Below the pieces are notes generated by a model, which saw nothing but the letters and a program-made list of their open reading frames with translations, was not told the DNA's origin and did no database searches. The position numbers were made by a program, and so were the translations under genes. DNA of 64,000 bases from Flectonema sp. DT1601 (lineage: Eukaryota): NCBI GenBank assembly GCA_964019425.1, contig OZ025791.1, forward strand, positions 62,001-126,000, given 5' to 3'. Within the stretch, counting starts at the first letter, position 1, and the number at the start of each line of letters is the position of its first letter. Shown piece by piece: positions 59,825 through 64,000 of this stretch.

Positions 59825-61344
59825 CTAGACTGCCAATGCTTTTCGTTCTCTTCTTTCGTACCTCCTATACAGTACGAGAATAGCTATCGTCAACGCGAAG
59901 AAGCTGATTGTTGCTTAGTTTAATTTGAAGACTAACATTATGAAACTTGTCTAATATTATGAAACGTAAAGTAGGACTAATAAAAACACACCTACACAAG
60001 ATTCCATAAAAAGGAATCTTACCGTCTTTTTGCCAGGGGACTTCAACATTCATTCCGAACAGAGAGGTAATTAGAGTCATTGGAACAAAGAGGAAGGCGA
60101 GAAATGACATCTTTCGCATCGCTTCGTTAGTCTTGTTAGCACCGATGGCCGCCTGGACTGATACCCCCGCGAGATAATTTGAACTCGCCTGAACAAGGAT
60201 ATCTCGCGAGGAATCCAAACGACCGAGCATCTGATTAATGTGATCCAAAACATCTCTGTATTGAGGTTGACGATAAAGTTTATTTTCTTTTATTATCGAT
60301 TCCTTTAAAACAAGTAATCTGCGCAACTCATTAATGTGTTTTCGGGTTCGCGCCATAATGCGTGTGGCATCGTCTAGCTCTGGATTTCCTCCCGAAAGTT
60401 GTAAAATGAGTTCGTCCACTTCATTTGCAGCGTCCCAAAGACGTGCAACTCTCGGAATTAGCGCGTCAACAATCCCGTCAAAGTAACAATAAAATAACCA
60501 GGTTGGGTTCATCATTCGAACTCGGTTGTCTTTGTGTTTCTTCTTTCTCGATCTGCTGTCGATTACTTCTTTGCGAATCCTTCGGAGGAGTTCATCGAGA
60601 GCGACGAATGGCTTGCTGTGGATTGCAATAAAACAGTCAGACAACGTAAGACATGATATCCTCGAGTCATCCCAACCATTCCCTCTTTCAGAAGGCCACT
60701 GTCCCATCAACATTGCGTACTTGTAGTGTCCGAACCGTTCCAATTTCTCAGGACTGTCTTCTGTAAACTGTGGTTGTGTATTATTCAAAACGTTGAAAGT
60801 GTTCTTAATAAACAACAGTCCTCGGTGAGTATTTCCGAAGATATTTTTATTTATAAAACAAACATACCATGTCTTCGATTGTTAGCTCGTGAAGCAGAAA
60901 CATCTTTCCCATCTGTCGAATCTCATCACAAGTCAATCCCTGAATGTCAAACCAGTGGAATGGCGTCGCTTCTCTCTTGACGACTCTCTGACTAGTTGGA
61001 GACCTGATGTTTGCGTTCAAAAACTCGAAAATATCGTTGAACGAGTTTAAAGAGAAACTGCTGCAAGACCCGTCCAGTTCTTGACGTACAACCCAACAGT
61101 GAAAGTTGTTGCGAACCACTTCGTGCTCGAGAGTCATCAAATGGGAGCTGGCGCTCGGTCTTGCTGCAGGTTTCGCTGGTTCTTCGTCAAAAGATTCGTC
61201 AGATTGGATTTGAATTGTGACCTCGTCGTCTGTCCAAATCTGATCTGTTTGATATGTGTCCATCTCATCAATTTCTACATCAACTCCATTCTTTTCACTA
61301 TAGCCGTAGTCATAGCAATCCTCGTACTCATCTTCAACTTGCAT
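59825..61344 (-). CDS. CorA-family Mg2+ transporter (ALR/MNR-like), 3 exons
   Basis: Exons 61344-60868, 60767-59992 and 59903-59825. Splicing restores HELTIEDM|FTEDSPEKLERF and the second TM GILCS|FFALTIAILVLY. Signature LFGMNV present. Confidence 0.9.
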
Positions 61345-62172
61345 TGTTACGTCATATTTCTGTTGAATTGGTAAATTAAAACATAAAAACCAACTCTACT
61401 CACTAAGAGAATACTTAGAGAGCTGACATCTTTCATATTTAACTCGTGAAGAATGAGAGATGAATTTGTTATTTTATAAAACAAGCTTTCCAAAAAAAAA
61501 AAACTGAATTCCGCAGCACACAGTAACGGTTCACTTCTAATATAATCCCATTTGAGGTAATCGTGTGATGTGGTGGTAGCATCAAGTGAAGTTAGTCGGC
61601 AGGACTATCGCTTGTCACACGACAACAACCTGAAACAGGATCTCAAGGACTCTATTAATTTAATTTAATTTAATTTAATTATTTCTGTTGACATGTCATT
61701 CCTTTGATGTGATTGTATCGGCAAGTTGTGTAGAAGAATTAGTGAAGAAAATGTTTCGAAAGAAAAGTAAACTTTCTTTCAGAATTAAAGATCACAAAGT
61801 TCAAACCAAACAACGTTTCGATAAATTAATTTAGGAAGGCAACACACGACTTGAGAACTAATAATTAGATATTGCAGACGGAGTTCCCCATCTCTTTCGG
61901 ATGCAAACAAAATACTTAACTATGTATGTTTAATAAAGGGTTTTTAGGAAGACAGAAGAATATTTTTTTAGCGACCACCGCATTCAGAAAGAATAGCAGT
62001 CGTATCATTCTTTGAAAACTTTCGAATGGCAGTCTGGTAGTTGCTTCGTAAGATGACAATCGATTCGCGTTTCAGGACCAGCAACTCTGAAGGAGTGCCG
62101 CAAGTTAGTTTATATTGTACGAAAAGAGAAGAGAAAAAATACTGACAAAAATTAACTGGCGCTCTACGTGTA

Positions 62173-63372
62173 TCAAACATGGTCGTGTTCCCTATTGTTT
62201 GTTTGTTACTTTTGTCTTTATTTTGGCTTACATTGTTAAGTCTAAACAACAGAACAAGAGTGAAGGGAAACATAACATACGTATCACTGTCCATCTCTAC
62301 TGGATTCTCTGGAACTGGGATCGGAACGGAAAGAGTCATTTGTTCTTGTCGATCACCAAAACGATGGGAATCTGGACCCCACATAGCATCAGCGATTAAA
62401 AAGATCGGTTCTGGTGCTGGTTGATCAGGTCTATATTCTCTACCTGTAGCAGCTAATGCATCCTCGTCGAAACGGTGCAATCCCTTTCCTCTCTTTTTAG
62501 ATTGCAAGAAACTGTCTTGAATCCAAAGTTGTGTTGCACACATAATGAATGGGATGATCATCATCACAGTTATCAATTCTAAAGTGTGTCCGTGTTCTTT
62601 TGTGTGATCTTCTAGAGGGCCAAGGATCCAACTTCCCCAAGCAGCGAGGGGTCTTTGAAACATCCAAATTAAAAGACCTTTCATGACGACAGTTATGATA
62701 ACAATACCAATCCACAGAATCAACTGGAATGCCCACCTCTTTAAAGATGTACAGGTTAGAACATATAAATCTCCATAACTGTTTTATTTATTGAAATTGA
62801 ATTATATGAAACTTGTTTTCTACTCAAAAAAGAAGATTAACACACTCTCCAAAATCTAAAATTCCTTTCGGATCAAGTTGGTGAACTCTGATAATTCTTT
62901 CAATAATCCTCAGCAATATGTAAGCAAACAGAACACGAACAGTGGTGTCGAAGATGATATTTACGAAATACCAAACGCAGGGGGAAACATCGTCGGCTGC
63001 GAGAAGCGATGCGACGACCATGTTTCCAACGTGAGCGATGAAGAAACCACCTCCTCTGTTTGTTAATTGTTGTTATGAAGTGTCAGAGGAATTGATAAGT
63101 AATGTGTTTATTGAGTTGTATTACTTTTATAAACTCTAAACCAACAGAACAACATACTGTTTAGTAGTATCCAAGACAAACACTCGAGTTGGTCTTCGAG
63201 TGCTTTTTCCATCCTTCGCTTCCATTCTCCATTTTGTAATCAGCGTAGCGAAGGCCAACACTCCGAGCAGCGCTTGAATGAGGTAATCGGTTACACTTTC
63301 AATGATTGTGCATGCATGAACATTCTCTGATGGTGACAAGAGAGCCGCAATACCGCCCGATATGTCTCCCAT
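62173..63372 (-). CDS. STIMATE/TMEM110/YPL162C-like multi-pass membrane protein, 4 exons
   Basis: Exons 63372-63158, 63055-62846, 62778-~62281 and a short, less certain last exon ending at 62173, all in frame. Motifs RPTRVFVLDTTKQ, PCVWYFVNIIFDTT, ELITVMMIIP..QLWIQDSFL. Confidence 0.85.
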
Positions 63373-64000
63373 TCGATACTGTGGCAAAAATAAAATAACA
63401 ACAACTACTACAACCTTAACTGGGAAAGTCTCTTAGACGTTCAGAACTGATGACTTCGGTGAGTTGACTCGGTGAGAAGTAGAATTCCCACGTAGGCGTC
63501 ATTGTATCTGTGGAAAGAATTATTTTCAACTCAGCAACAGGATGCGACTTCGCAGAACGCTGGTCTCGGCACCCTGACTGCTTTCTAAGTTTACAAACAA
63601 CAGACTCGCCAGCGAGCTGTTAATTTGATTCGGATCGAGCACAAAAGAAATGCAAAACCAACTGTACGGATGAACAAACTGACAACAAAAAACAATTGAG
63701 GGGGTGGAAACAACTGTTGGTTATGTTCTCAGGCATTGCAGTAAATACGAACCACTCGCACTGCAGGTCAGTTTCGACGAAGTCATCCGAAGTAAGAAGA
63801 ATCTTAATTCCGGTGACAACTGAGCACCGGGAGGGCTATCAACTCACCGTTGAACCACTCGAACAAAACAATCAGAACTTTCCATTCGTCGGACACTTGA
63901 CGTAAAAAAGAATTTCAGTTTCAATTTTTCGATTCATTTCATTCTATTTCTTCAGTTTATTTATCTTAACAGCTTCTCAACAATTCAGTTAAGAAAGAAA

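Noticed and set aside
50270..63372. Functional Ca2+/Mg2+ signalling operon (PKD2, CorA, STIMATE, cyclases)
   Set aside because: Directional clusters in such genomes are generally not functionally grouped, and synteny cannot be tested here.

Overview
Eukaryotic nuclear DNA, probably euglenozoan and diplonemid-like. This is an inference from the gene families, short GT-AG introns, AG acceptors just upstream of start codons and all genes lying on one strand. The window has three parts. (1) 1-39875 is a head-to-tail array of about 7.4 near-identical units with periods 5366, 5389, 5479, 5469, 5479, 5394 and 5378 bp. Each unit carries one orphan 391-397 aa minus-strand ORF (hydrophobic N-terminus, Thr/Asn/Ala stalk, helical domain, C-terminal TM), a hairpin-flanked 23/24-bp minisatellite of 11-16 copies, several GC-rich hairpins and candidate micro-exons. 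(2) About 39.9-42.1 kb is a decayed boundary holding a 210-bp piece of the unit joined to a degenerate Penelope-like retroelement RT remnant, followed by about 3 kb without recognisable genes. (3) 45.2-63.4 kb is a minus-strand cluster of eight genes: two receptor-type degenerate class III cyclases, a small Zn-binding protein, a Sir2-family deacylase with a ~130-aa insertion, a PKD2-like channel, an APX/CCP-family protein lacking the distal His, a CorA Mg2+ transporter and a STIMATE/YPL162C-like protein. No rRNA, tRNA, SL RNA or CRISPR array could be supported. All homology calls are by-eye motif recognition; no searches were run.
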